NCBI GenBank assembly: GCA_001661245.1
Contig: KV454012.1
Span: forward strand, 1,363,811-1,410,903
Length of the DNA: 47,093 nucleotides
Direction of reading: 5' to 3'
DNA from: Pachysolen tannophilus NRRL Y-2460
Taxonomy: Eukaryota
Made by a program: the position numbers and the translations under genes. Below are positions 10,901 through 20,501 of the stretch, piece after piece. Each line of letters opens with the position of its first letter. Position 1 is the first letter of the stretch. Under the pieces are notes generated by a model, which saw only the letters and a program-made list of their open reading frames with translations, did no database searches and was not told the origin of the DNA.

Positions 10901-12605
10901 GACTTCTGAAATTTTAACTGTTAGTGATCTTTCCGTATGGCTTGGTAGAGATTTCAAAGCTCAGCTATCGACTGTAGAATTATTCAGAGTCTTGAAGAAG
11001 AATAAATTCAAGATTACATCCAAGTGGATAAATATTTTGAAAATCATATTAACGTTATATGAAAATTGTTTAATTAATCCCGATTTGTTTTTGAAATTTC
11101 AAAATATGCAGAAATTAAGCAATTTACCAAAAGTTAAACCACAATTCAGTATAAATAGATCCAAAACTTTAAAGGAAACTGGACTTTTTTCTACATTCTC
11201 CTCATTTTTAAAAGGGTATTCAGATGAACCTCCTGAACCAACAACCGAAGAGATTGATTCCACATTGGGTACTATTAATTGTATTGAAAAGAGTGAGATT
11301 CCATCATTGTTTATTAATATTAGCCAAACTTCAAAAGAGAATTTAAATAATTTTATAAAATTATTTTTAACTTTGATGCCTAAAAAAGTGAAAACAAATT
11401 TCAGGTTTTATGAGTCAGAGATTTTATTTATAACTGAAATTTCCGTTTGTTTATCACTTCTTTCGTTAGATCAAGAGGTTATTGATATAATAATTAATAA
11501 GATTGATGAATTATTATCTTTGGAAGCGGAGTCTTTAAAGAAGGAAGAAAAAACTAAAAATTTACAAGCGGAGTCTGAAGAAAACGATGATTCAGATACT
11601 AGTAAACAGACAAATATTGAATCATTAGCTCTTAGTTCTATAATCAGACTCAATGTATATAAATTGATATTATTGCTGAACTCAAAATCTCCTATGGAGG
11701 ATTCTTTAGTCAAGGCTATTGACCAATTGCATTCATTATCGAAAAGTGATTTATTTGAATATGGTTCACCAATCATTACACCGTTGAAGTTATTGGTAAT
11801 AGAAGGTTCTTGGACTAAAGATGTGGTGAATCATAATACAAATTATTGGTCAATAATTAGACTTTTTGCATCTTCGTTAAAGTATACTTCAGAAATTTTT
11901 GAATTTTTAGAAGCAAATATTAAAAATTGTTTAACAGATTCAAACTATTTTTTGATTTTAGGATTATTAGATGAAATTAGTTCTGCAGGTGCTATAGGTG
12001 CACAATGGGAACAAGAATTAGAAAGGTTAATTAAAACTGGTCACAAGATTGAAGGTAACAAAAATACATATGAAAATATTATTCAAACTTCGTTGAAATC
12101 AATTAAATTAACTTCCGAAGTAAGTGATTATAGACCAATTGATTTTAAAATCTTGATTCAAGCTTTATGTCACCAATGTTATAATCCATGTAATGAAGTT
12201 AGATTATTTGCTGTGAAGACTTTACAAGGAACGTTATTATCATTATCAGCAAATGATCAGGATTTAACTCCAGACTCAATTGTGGAAAATTGTTTATTCC
12301 CATTGTTACATGAATTGATGAAACCCGAGAACAACTGCGGGATCGATATCAATGTATTGAAAATGATTACTAAATATTTGATTAGTGTTGGATTAAAAGA
12401 TTTAAACGTCAAGATATTAAGCAAATATTTCAAAATTGTTCAATTGATGATTAAAAAATCTTCAAACAAAGATTTTGAAGATCAAAGTATTGAGATGCTT
12501 AAAAATATGTTTTTAATCTTGAAAAATGATAATAAAGATGACGAAGAATGCTTGAAAAAAATTGAACCTCTACAAGATCTAATAGGTTTAAAGGTTGAAG
12601 GTTAA
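7929..12605 (+). CDS. GEA2: Sec7-domain Arf guanine nucleotide exchange factor, Gea1/Gea2/GBF1 family
   Basis: DCB region (LTHCRFE, SEVLRKAAE), HUS-like YDCD, Sec7 catalytic FRLPGESQQIERI and LNTDLHNPQ; single pre-WGD GEA1/GEA2 orthologue. Confidence 0.93.
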   Translation: MNMDDFTTTSIDPLTLVIGECILISSEMRKLPKWSQNGVALILGGQLYSSRDLLFGGDLDDSFTSRFGIKNTTHHYNNGIRGNDNGNGISNNNNNSGLRHKDDSPLLSGFIQLRILLTDVDSLERVDSLTLLQPFLLVIKSSSTSGHITSLALTSLAKFLSYNLINSNSINIKTTLPQIISSLTHCRFEAGDQSSDDAVLLKVLRLLETIIKSDISDLLPDDFVYEVIQTCLSLACNKRRSEVLRKAAEMAMISITIRIFSKLRKIDPPSIEKNNNNIINTSSNLESENHVLQEDIIGGRQESDSTPQPEIPNFSSKEKIEQDEKEEKEEKIKDFDQINQETDTDTIINKERKSQDSIESYKVKEQPEDVEPFGIPCIKEYLSILISMINPSNQYQHMESTRVFAFSLINTAVEVSSDSLPKHPSIMSLISDLVCKHLLQTIQSVDQPTLLYAALQLFTTLTVTLGDYLKLQVEMILLSILRSITPDFKNLDNDLSTNCDKYFKCLESNNDEENDKKSLTETENNKSRVSLAESSSDNSSINSNTRPPLSKEMLIESISILWTRSPIFFTNLFQLYDCDFDRENICLALIKCLCRLSLPDAAITSTDNVPPIALEGLLTLINGMNNRVKQEMKNGLEFKINENKLVSQQNKKQEFIECIKVLNNEPKEGLKLLHEKNFIKNLEDNDELARFYFEKSGRLNKKQLGEILAKPRNTELLEKFMSLFDFTNLRVDEALRMLLKSFRLPGESQQIERIVESFANKYVACQEKQSSLLLGGKEDKEDEEKIRPDKDSVFVLSYSIVMLNTDLHNPQVKNHMTFEDYQKNVRGVYNGKDFPSWYLSKIYNSIKDREIIMPEEHHGTSKWFDDMWNNLITQHDIHLGSSGHNSTNDNSTVEWVQFDKVIFETTCNYIISTILAIFDEAIDDLIISKMMVTVDKCSNIAIYFKLTKIIDKIVETLSHLTTLTGLRNSDLMLQDGSSRDVIPVTQIKIEETSEILTVSDLSVWLGRDFKAQLSTVELFRVLKKNKFKITSKWINILKIILTLYENCLINPDLFLKFQNMQKLSNLPKVKPQFSINRSKTLKETGLFSTFSSFLKGYSDEPPEPTTEEIDSTLGTINCIEKSEIPSLFINISQTSKENLNNFIKLFLTLMPKKVKTNFRFYESEILFITEISVCLSLLSLDQEVIDIIINKIDELLSLEAESLKKEEKTKNLQAESEENDDSDTSKQTNIESLALSSIIRLNVYKLILLLNSKSPMEDSLVKAIDQLHSLSKSDLFEYGSPIITPLKLLVIEGSWTKDVVNHNTNYWSIIRLFASSLKYTSEIFEFLEANIKNCLTDSNYFLILGLLDEISSAGAIGAQWEQELERLIKTGHKIEGNKNTYENIIQTSLKSIKLTSEVSDYRPIDFKILIQALCHQCYNPCNEVRLFAVKTLQGTLLSLSANDQDLTPDSIVENCLFPLLHELMKPENNCGIDINVLKMITKYLISVGLKDLNVKILSKYFKIVQLMIKKSSNKDFEDQSIEMLKNMFLILKNDNKDDEECLKKIEPLQDLIGLKVEG

Positions 12606-12638
12606 TTAAACCCATTCATTACACATCAATATCTTTCT

Positions 12639-12667
12639 TTATATATATATATATATATATATATATT
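12639..12667. repeat. (TA)n microsatellite in the GEA 3' region
   Basis: About 14 TA units. Confidence 0.85.
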
Positions 12668-12960
12668 TTAAAAAGAAATCTTTCTTTCTTTTTTTTTGTT
12701 ATATTTTTGCTTTTACTTTTAATAACTTACTTCTTCTTCTTCTAAATTCAGCTACAGCTACATTTCTTTTGAAAAGACTGCAGTTTAATCCTATTTTTCC
12801 AATTGTAATTCCTTGATTCCTTCGGAATAAAATCAATTAAAATAAATAAATAAAAATACAATGTAAATAATGATGATAATATAATAATACTAAAAAAAAA
12901 AAAAAAAAACTTCTTTTTATCATTTTATATATATATATTTCGTATAATAAATCCAATGAT

Positions 12961-14147
12961 ATGATACAAGGTTATTCTTCAGCTCTAATGCCAATTCCGC
13001 AAGTAGCTGCTTTCTCCAATGATGCTAATAATGGTGGCCAACAGCCACAGCTTTCACAGGCGAGTACAAGTGTTGTTTCAGCTTCCACTGCTGGTATTAG
13101 AGCGGTAATATATCAGATAACTTCTTTATATTTGAGAACACCTGCAAAAATATTCAGGCCATCAAGATTTGATTTCTTAGTTACTGTAAGGATTTTAGAA
13201 GCTGAGAATTTGAGAAAGAAGCCATATAGTATATTGTCTCATTCATCACTGGCGTTGTTATATAATGCTATTTTAAAAAATGGATGGAAGATAATACCAG
13301 ATCAGATCTTGCCACCATTATTATTAAATTCAGCAACAGGTGTTGTTTTATATACCACATATTTATCTAGTTTACAATATTTCAATGGTTTCAACTTATA
13401 TTTACATTCTCCATCACCAATAGATACTTTTAGAGCAGGTTTTTTAGCAGGACTGATTCAATCTATAATAAGTGCACCTATTGATGCAATTTATGCTAGA
13501 TCATCTGCTGCAGAGATTTTAAAAGGTGAACATGAAAATTTATGGAGATATGGTTTATATAAATTAAAACAAATTGGTCCAATAGGAGTATTTGCAGGTT
13601 TTGGATTTAGTTTTATTAAAGATAGTTTTGGATTTGGTTTTTATTTCTCAATTTTTGAAATTATTAAAAATCAAGGTTACAGTTTAACTAAAAGTATAAT
13701 AAATACAATTGATAATTATAAATCAAAATTATTACATACATCCAAGAATGAAGATATAAAACATTCTAAATCAACAAAAATTCTTCATACAACTTTCATT
13801 TTATTAGCAGGAGCATCAGCTGCATTTGGTTTAATTGGTGTACAGTTCCCTATTTCTAAAATACAAAAAATTCATTTATCAAGATTAGAAGCATTAGATA
13901 TATATAATGCTAAAAATTTTGGAGTTAGAAATAAATTTTTTAAGATATATTACAAATCATATATTGATACAATAATACAAGTTGATAATATAATTACTAG
14001 ATCTAAAACATCTTTCTTTCAATGGTCTTATAAAGGTTTTTTAGCAAGTGCATTAACTACAATTCCTGCTACAAGTGTTTGTTTATTAGTATTTGAAATT
14101 TTGAGGCAAAAGCTAGGTGATGAATTTGAAGAAGCTTCTTTACAACC

Positions 14148-14151
<4 letters not shown>
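12961..14151 (+). CDS. Uncharacterised fungal mitochondrial-carrier-like (SLC25-fold) protein
   Basis: Degenerate carrier signature APIDAIYAR, AGFLAG..QS, GFGFYFSIFE and YKGF..TIPATS..LLVFE; start could be the second ATG at 12988. Confidence 0.65.

Positions 14152-14179
<28 letters not shown>
14149..14179. repeat. (TAA)n microsatellite beginning at the stop codon of the carrier-like gene
   Basis: About 10 TAA units. Confidence 0.85.
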
Positions 14180-14297
14180 TATAATATTTCTTTGATTTCC
14201 TGTTATATGTTTGGTGATGTTATTGATTATTAAACAAAAAAAAAAAAGTAACTGCTGTCTGTATATAGCTAAATAATAAATTAGATTTCCATAATTT

Positions 14298-15104
14298 TCA
14301 TAATTGACCTATTCTTTTCAAATAAGCATCCCAACCAGCTTTTCTATAACGTTCTCCTTCGAAAACAGGGTCTCTACCTTTACCGAAAAGTCCTCTTCCA
14401 ACAATTATAATATCTGAACCGGAATCAATAACTTGATCAACAGTTCTATATTGTTGACCCAATTTATCACCTTTATCATCTAACCCAACACCTGGGGTCA
14501 TAATGATCCAATCAAAACCTTCCTCACGGCCTCCCATGTCATGCTGAGCAATAAATCCAATAACAAAATCTTTATCAGATTTAGCAATTTCTACAGTCTT
14601 ATTTGTATACTCTCCATATGCTAATGAACCTTTTGAAGATAATTCTGCAAGCATTAACAACCCTCTTGGTTCTAAAGTTGTTTCCAACGCAGCTTCTTTT
14701 AAACCTTTAACAATTCCTTCTCCCGTTACACCATGAGCATTAGTAATATCTGCCCATTGTGCAATCTTAAATATACCATTTTTATATTGATTCTTAACTG
14801 TATTACCAATATCTGCAAATTTACGATCTTCAAATATCATAAAATTATATTTTTTTGAAAGTTCAACTAATGGTAAAATCGTTCCATCATAACTAAAATC
14901 ATCAATAGTATCAATATGTGTCTTAACTAAACATATTACTGGACCCAATTTTTCAACTAATTTTAAAAGTTCATCAGTACTTGAAACATCAATCGATGCA
15001 CATAAATTACTTTGTTTCTTCTCCATCAACTCAAATAACCTCCTTGCAACTGGTGAAGCATGAACTTTAGCCCTCTCCCCATAAGAAACATCCAATACAG
15101 CCAT
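14298..15104 (-). CDS. URA3: Orotidine-5'-phosphate decarboxylase
   Basis: [13 protein letters not shown] catalytic motif, [20 protein letters not shown] at 15104 gives 268 aa. Confidence 0.99.
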   Translation of the reverse strand: MAVLDVSYGERAKVHASPVARRLFELMEKKQSNLCASIDVSSTDELLKLVEKLGPVICLVKTHIDTIDDFSYDGTILPLVELSKKYNFMIFEDRKFADIGNTVKNQYKNGIFKIAQWADITNAHGVTGEGIVKGLKEAALETTLEPRGLLMLAELSSKGSLAYGEYTNKTVEIAKSDKDFVIGFIAQHDMGGREEGFDWIIMTPGVGLDDKGDKLGQQYRTVDQVIDSGSDIIIVGRGLFGKGRDPVFEGERYRKAGWDAYLKRIGQL

Positions 15105-15278
15105 CTCCAAACTAAATCTTTCAAGTCTAATCACCTCTTCTATCCTCTCAATTTTTCTAAAATTAATTTCAACAATTTTTCAACTTTTTGACCCCAAAAA
15201 ATAAAAATTTAAAAAATTATAAAAAAATGAAAAAAAATTTTTTTTCATTAAATTTGATGAACGAAGAACAAGTTTTCT

Positions 15279-15314
15279 ATTTAATTGATAATTTAATTGA
15301 TAATTTAATTGATA
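15279..15314. repeat. 3 x 12-bp tandem repeat ATTTAATTGATA in the URA3/TIM9 divergent promoter
   Basis: Exact triple copy followed by inverted ATCAATTA. Confidence 0.85.
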
Positions 15315-15370
15315 AATCAATTAGTTTTTTTATTGAATTTGTTTATTGTAAGGATTGAAAGAGTTTGAAG

Positions 15371-15634
15371 ATGGATCAATTAAATTCTCGTGAGCAACAA
15401 GAGTTTCAAAAAATAGTTGAACAAAAACAGATGCAAGATTTTATGAGGTTGTATTCTAATTTAGTTGATAGATGTTTTAGTGATTGTGTTAATGATTTTA
15501 CTTCTAATAAATTAACATCAAAAGAAGAATCTTGTATTAGTAAATGCTCAGAAAAATTTTTGAAGCATAGTGAAAGAGTTGGGTTACGTTTCCAAGAACA
15601 AAATCAATTGATGATGCAAAATATGAAGAGGTGA
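15371..15634 (+). CDS. TIM9: Mitochondrial intermembrane space chaperone Tim9
   Basis: Twin CX3C motif (CFSDC, CISKC), [20 protein letters not shown] at 15371. Confidence 0.97.
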   Translation: MDQLNSREQQEFQKIVEQKQMQDFMRLYSNLVDRCFSDCVNDFTSNKLTSKEESCISKCSEKFLKHSERVGLRFQEQNQLMMQNMKR

Positions 15635-15767
15635 TTGTTTTAGTTGCTTTTAATTTTAATTTTATTTTGTACATATAAATATATCAGATAAATTGTGTTT
15701 TCTTTTTTTTTATTATTATTATTATTATTATTCTTATATTAATATACATCTATATTATTGTTTAAAA

Positions 15768-17945
15768 TCATAAAAATGTTTTGAATGTTTTGATTAATTC
15801 TTCACATTCTTCCATCATTTCTAAAGTAAGAGCACTAATATCACTGTTAGTTTCATTATACATTATGGCATTACTGAACATTAACATTAATGATCTTTCT
15901 AACATTTCAAAATTATCAATAATTCCACTTTTAACTTCTTTTGTAATTTTTTTCAAATCTTGTGGTTCCTTAATTAATGAATAATAATTTGGTTCATCAG
16001 ATTCATTAACCAGTGTTAAAAATGTAGAAGCAAATCTATTTGCAGAAATTTGACTTAATAATTGTAAAGCAATTGTTTGAAATTTCTTATTAATTGTATG
16101 TTGTTGTTTTACAGAAGGTGTATCCAATTGTGGAGTTTGTGACCTCTTACGTTTGCGTGATGGTACAGATTTACTAATATCTTCAATTTCAATTGAATTT
16201 TCTTGTCTCTTTTTAATCGTTGTTGTAACTTTTCTTGTTGAAATTAAAGATTTTCTTTTTGATTTTTCATCATTCCCATCATTCTCATGTCTTGGAGTTA
16301 TGGGCTCAGAAATTTCATCTTCATGGTCTTCAACTTCTGGTGTTTTCTCCTTTTCACGCAGTTTAAGTTTTTCCTTCTTAATTTCAGGTTCAGTCTCTGA
16401 TTTCCCATCATTAGATAGATCTACCGATTCAGACTTGGATTGTTCCCTTTTCTCCTTTTTAACTTTCTTGTCTAATGCTCTTGTCATAATAGTTTTTGGA
16501 ACTTCTTCAGTACTACTTTGCTCAGATTCTTCTTCTTTATGTTTGGATTTTGATTTTTCCATTGCTCTCGTAGTTGGTCTATGAACAGTAGACTCTTCAT
16601 CATTATTATCTTCTTCTTTTTCTTCCACTTCTTTTTCTTTTTCTTTTTCCTTTTCTTGCTCCTTTTGTTTCTTTTCCTTACTGAATACTTCTTCTTCTGG
16701 TGTCTCTGATTTTTCTTCAATTTCCTTAATTTCCTTATCCATAGCTCTTGTTTTTGGCCTATGTACAACATCTTGTTTTTGATGCACTTCAGACTCTTCC
16801 TCTTTCTCTTTTTCCTTTTCCTTTTCCTTTTCCTTTATCAGTTCTTTTTCTTTAACCATAGCTCTAGTCGTTGGCTTGTGAATAACTTCCTCTTTTTCTT
16901 CTTTTTCTTCTTCTTCTTCTTCTTCCTGTTTTTCTTCTTTCTCTTCTTCCTGCATATCGGACTCTTTTTCTTTCCCTTCTAATTGATCTTTTGAAGGAGA
17001 AGTTTTTGATTCAACCAATTCCAGTTTATCATTTTGTATAACTTGAGTCTTGACATGTGAAGGAGTAGGAGTAGGAGTAGGATTAGCATTGGGAGTAGCA
17101 TTGGGAATAGGAGTGGGAGTCTTTGTTAGTTTTGTTTGATCTTGTAAAATCTGTGGTTCTTTTAAATCTGGTGTTGTAGTATTAATTTTCTCTGTTGCAA
17201 CTATAGGTGGAGGTGGAGGTTTAGATTGAGCAGGAGTTTGAGGTTGAGGTTGAGTTGGAGTTTGAATTGGAATTGGAGACTGAACCGGTGGAATGACTTG
17301 TGGAGTAACATTATTTTCAATTTTCACTTGTTTATTAATAGGAGAAATATTATTTTTCAGTAATGGTTGTTGATCAATCAGTACTTCTTTTTGTTTCAAA
17401 CTTTTAACAAATTCATCATACAAGACTTTATCTTCAATTTTTCCATTTTCAATCAATTCAATTTCTTTTGAAGTTAATTTATAATCATTTTCAAAATTAA
17501 CAATTTGTCTTAATGCTTCAGTTTTATATAAAGTTAAAATATTTGTTAAATTTAATTTTATATTTTCTAAAGTAATTAATTTAGAAAGTCTTAAAATATG
17601 TTTATCCTGTGTTGAAGATGAAGATTGTGGTATAATAATACTATCTTTACCCAATACTTCAATAATAATCTTAACAATATCGGTAATACTTAATGCTGGT
17701 TTATTCATAGAATAATTATTTAAATTAGCTATATTATTCTTATTAATACTTAAAATATCAAAATTCTTATTGATTAAAGGATTGATATTGATCAAATGAA
17801 CAAGCTTAAATAAATTTATCGATAACTGATCAGGTACAGGTTTACCTTCTTTCAAAGCAATAGCTTGATTATTTAAAAAAGCTGAATATAAATTTTGTAA
17901 AGTTATCAACTTGTGTAATGACGTTATCTGCGCTGAAGTATTCAT
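15768..17945 (-). CDS. C-terminal bromodomain protein, BRD8/Bdc1-like NuA4 subunit; positional equivalent of EAF5
   Basis: C-terminal bromodomain (ISANRFASTF..V...DEPNYY.LIKEP.DL...LMFSNAIMYN); charged low-complexity middle; head-to-head with MMS21. Confidence 0.75.
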   Translation of the reverse strand: MNTSAQITSLHKLITLQNLYSAFLNNQAIALKEGKPVPDQLSINLFKLVHLININPLINKNFDILSINKNNIANLNNYSMNKPALSITDIVKIIIEVLGKDSIIIPQSSSSTQDKHILRLSKLITLENIKLNLTNILTLYKTEALRQIVNFENDYKLTSKEIELIENGKIEDKVLYDEFVKSLKQKEVLIDQQPLLKNNISPINKQVKIENNVTPQVIPPVQSPIPIQTPTQPQPQTPAQSKPPPPPIVATEKINTTTPDLKEPQILQDQTKLTKTPTPIPNATPNANPTPTPTPSHVKTQVIQNDKLELVESKTSPSKDQLEGKEKESDMQEEEKEEKQEEEEEEEKEEKEEVIHKPTTRAMVKEKELIKEKEKEKEKEKEEESEVHQKQDVVHRPKTRAMDKEIKEIEEKSETPEEEVFSKEKKQKEQEKEKEKEKEVEEKEEDNNDEESTVHRPTTRAMEKSKSKHKEEESEQSSTEEVPKTIMTRALDKKVKKEKREQSKSESVDLSNDGKSETEPEIKKEKLKLREKEKTPEVEDHEDEISEPITPRHENDGNDEKSKRKSLISTRKVTTTIKKRQENSIEIEDISKSVPSRKRKRSQTPQLDTPSVKQQHTINKKFQTIALQLLSQISANRFASTFLTLVNESDEPNYYSLIKEPQDLKKITKEVKSGIIDNFEMLERSLMLMFSNAIMYNETNSDISALTLEMMEECEELIKTFKTFL

Positions 17946-18300
17946 CTTTCTTTTTTTCCTTTTTACAAAAAAACTTCCTCTACCAAACCAATCTCACAAC
18001 ATGCCACGGTCAAGGCCCTATCTTAAGATGAAAAAGTTCCTGATGATAACCCTAAATGATAATCCTAACGACAACACAAATGGTGTTTTCTTTTCTTTCC
18101 AATAAATTTTTCTTTTTAACAATTTTTTTTTTTGCCAAATAAAAAATGAAATCTTCTCCGTTTGGTTTCCAAGTTTTTATATTTTCTCCGTAACGGAAAT
18201 GATTGGAGAAGTTTGTTAAAATAATCTCCGAGTAGGAGAAAATTTGTGTTTTTCTATTAAAACAGAAGAAAAAGCAGCGCGTTAACTCAAGATCAAACCA

Positions 18301-18350
18301 AGACGAGACAAGACAAGACAAGACAAGTTCAGTTCAGTTTAGTTCAGTTC
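18301..18350. repeat. Compound pentanucleotide microsatellite (AGACA)n(AGTTC)n in the bidirectional promoter
   Basis: agacg agaca x4 followed by agttc/agttt x5. Confidence 0.85.
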
Positions 18351-18424
18351 ATTTGGTAATGGAAGAGATTGATAAAGTTTTTGAAGATTAGTTTTTGTCT
18401 TTGTTTTTGTTAGTTATATTGAGA

Positions 18425-19300
18425 ATGAGTGAGAGTGATGTTGGTATTGGGACTGGACTGGATGTGGAAGTACAAGATGGTTCTCTTATTGATTTACCCA
18501 AGTATTATCCATTACATAAGAAGTTAATTCAAGAGATGAATAATATTAAAGCTGTGGATTTTTCGCCTTTATTGACGTTTGCTGAGAGTGAAATTGATTC
18601 TAGTCTTAATAGGTATATTGATTCTACGTTGGAGTTGAATGAAGGTGAAGATGATTTTGAGGATAATTTGAAAAAAAAATTATTATTGAAAGATGAAGTT
18701 ATAATTAATGGTACAAATACATATGAATTATTATCAAAAATTATAATGGATGATGAGCTGTTAAGAGAAGCACTTAGAGCAACAAAGGGAGAGATTAATA
18801 ATAGGTTTAGAAATGAGGAGCCATTAAGTTTTGAAACTTTGAAATTATATCAAGATTATTCTAGTAATGATATACCTATGGAAATTGTTGATCTTTTAAA
18901 TGAAAAAAATATTCAAAGTCAACAAAAAAATTTATCAAGTCTGAAATTTAAAAAATTCCATAATCGTCTTCAAGTTTATATAGATCCGTTTCTGGTAGTC
19001 ACCGATAATGGTAATAATAATGATAATGATAATGATGATAATGATGAGGATGTTGAAATAGCAGGTGGATCTGTTGAACTTACTTGTCCTATAAGTAAAC
19101 AAATTATGGAAAATCCTGTTATAACAGAATGTGGACATACTTTTGAACAAACTTCTTTAAGACAATATAAAAATGAAGCTAGTCAAGCTGATAAAGATAG
19201 GTGTCCCGTTTGTGGTCAAAAAATGAAAAATATTAAAACAGACGAATTAATGGCACTAAGATTGAAAGGTTATAAAAGAGATTTGAATTTTAAAAAATAG
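18425..19300 (+). CDS. MMS21: SP-RING SUMO E3 ligase of Smc5/6 (Mms21/Nse2)
   Basis: Acidic linker then GGSVELTCPIS..MENPV...CGHTFE...CPVCG; ATG at 18425; syntenic with URA3/TIM9. Confidence 0.88.
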   Translation: MSESDVGIGTGLDVEVQDGSLIDLPKYYPLHKKLIQEMNNIKAVDFSPLLTFAESEIDSSLNRYIDSTLELNEGEDDFEDNLKKKLLLKDEVIINGTNTYELLSKIIMDDELLREALRATKGEINNRFRNEEPLSFETLKLYQDYSSNDIPMEIVDLLNEKNIQSQQKNLSSLKFKKFHNRLQVYIDPFLVVTDNGNNNDNDNDDNDEDVEIAGGSVELTCPISKQIMENPVITECGHTFEQTSLRQYKNEASQADKDRCPVCGQKMKNIKTDELMALRLKGYKRDLNFKK

Positions 19301-19493
19301 ATATATATATATATTTATATAATGATTTTTATTGGACAAAAAGTCTATATGATAAATAGACAAATTCAAAATTTGAAATGGAAAGCAAATAAATTAGTTA
19401 TTACTAAGAAACTATTGAAAAACAAATTGATCAAAAAAAAAAAAAAAGTAGCAGCAATTATTATAACCAACCATTAAGAGACAATTTTTTTGT

Positions 19494-20501
19494 TTATAAA
19501 TTTCCATCTTTCTTAACAGAACGTGCAATTTCTACTCCAGATATTTTTTGGTTATACGATTGAGTTGGAGTAAATCTTCTTGTAGAACAAATCTCATCAG
19601 AGGCATAGCCAGGTATTCTGATATTCCAATTTCTTTCTAAATGTAATTGAATATCTTTCACATCAAGACTATCTACTTTACGATGTTTGGCTAACCTACA
19701 CGCAAACTGCGTTACACTTGTGACAAACTCATCAGCTAAATCCAACAAAAACTCTTCAACTCCACCATCGATTGTAGTTTCACCGTCTCCTTCATCTGAT
19801 CCAACACTTTTAATAAAATCTTTCAACTTTCTTTTTTGTATCACTCTACCACCTTCGATTTCCAATGGAGGCAATTTGACAATAGCTGGAGTTGTTAAAG
19901 CAGGAGCATTATAGGAAAATCCTCCAGTCAAACTTGGGCGACCATTTTTTAGCGTTGCAGGCAGAGGAGGTTTTACATTCAAGGTCGATGGAATAAATAT
20001 TGAAGGGACTGGTGATTTCATAACATCAGATTCGTTTTGTAACATTGCACCATTTGTGGCATCAGGAGCATTTGGCCTTGCTGCTGCATTAGCTGATGTC
20101 ACTGGAGTCGAACTGCTAGGAGAAGAAGACCTACCAGTTAAAGAAGGCGTCTTTTGTGGCTTTTGCTGAATTTGCAGGTTTTTTGCATTTAAATGCAGCT
20201 GCTGTTGATTAGGAGTACCTTGTTGGGCCTTATATATTTGAGAGTTACTTCTCAGAACATTCTGCTGGGGTCTAGCAAGTTGCTGCAGCTGTTGATGCTG
20301 TTGGGCTTGCGGCTGCTGCTGATGTTGCTGTGACTGTTGTAAATGAAGTGGTAACGGTTGCTGAGATGGTACCATGTTAGGTACTTGGTTGGCTCTCATC
20401 TGAGAAACTTTTAAAGCAGCCTGCTGGGCACTTAATGGCTGTTGCTGTTGTAAAAGCAGTTGATGAAGCATTTGCTGTTGTTGTTGTTGTTGCTGCTGCT
20501 G
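19494..20501 (-). CDS. TAF12: TFIID/SAGA subunit Taf12, exon 2 (histone fold)
   Basis: KRKLK..., IDGGVEEFLLDLADEFVTSVTQFACRLAKHRK, DIQLHLERNWNIRIPGY; exon starts after the TAG acceptor at 20502-20504. Confidence 0.93.
   Translation of the reverse strand, partial: QQQQQQQQQQMLHQLLLQQQQPLSAQQAALKVSQMRANQVPNMVPSQQPLPLHLQQSQQHQQQPQAQQHQQLQQLARPQQNVLRSNSQIYKAQQGTPNQQQLHLNAKNLQIQQKPQKTPSLTGRSSSPSSSTPVTSANAAARPNAPDATNGAMLQNESDVMKSPVPSIFIPSTLNVKPPLPATLKNGRPSLTGGFSYNAPALTTPAIVKLPPLEIEGGRVIQKRKLKDFIKSVGSDEGDGETTIDGGVEEFLLDLADEFVTSVTQFACRLAKHRKVDSLDVKDIQLHLERNWNIRIPGYASDEICSTRRFTPTQSYNQKISGVEIARSVKKDGNL

Noticed and set aside
15781..16982. Antisense and alternative-frame ORFs within the bromodomain gene (and similar ones inside PSE1, GEA, TUS1, TWF1)
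   Set aside because: Shadow ORFs of biased coding sequence, mostly with non-ATG starts
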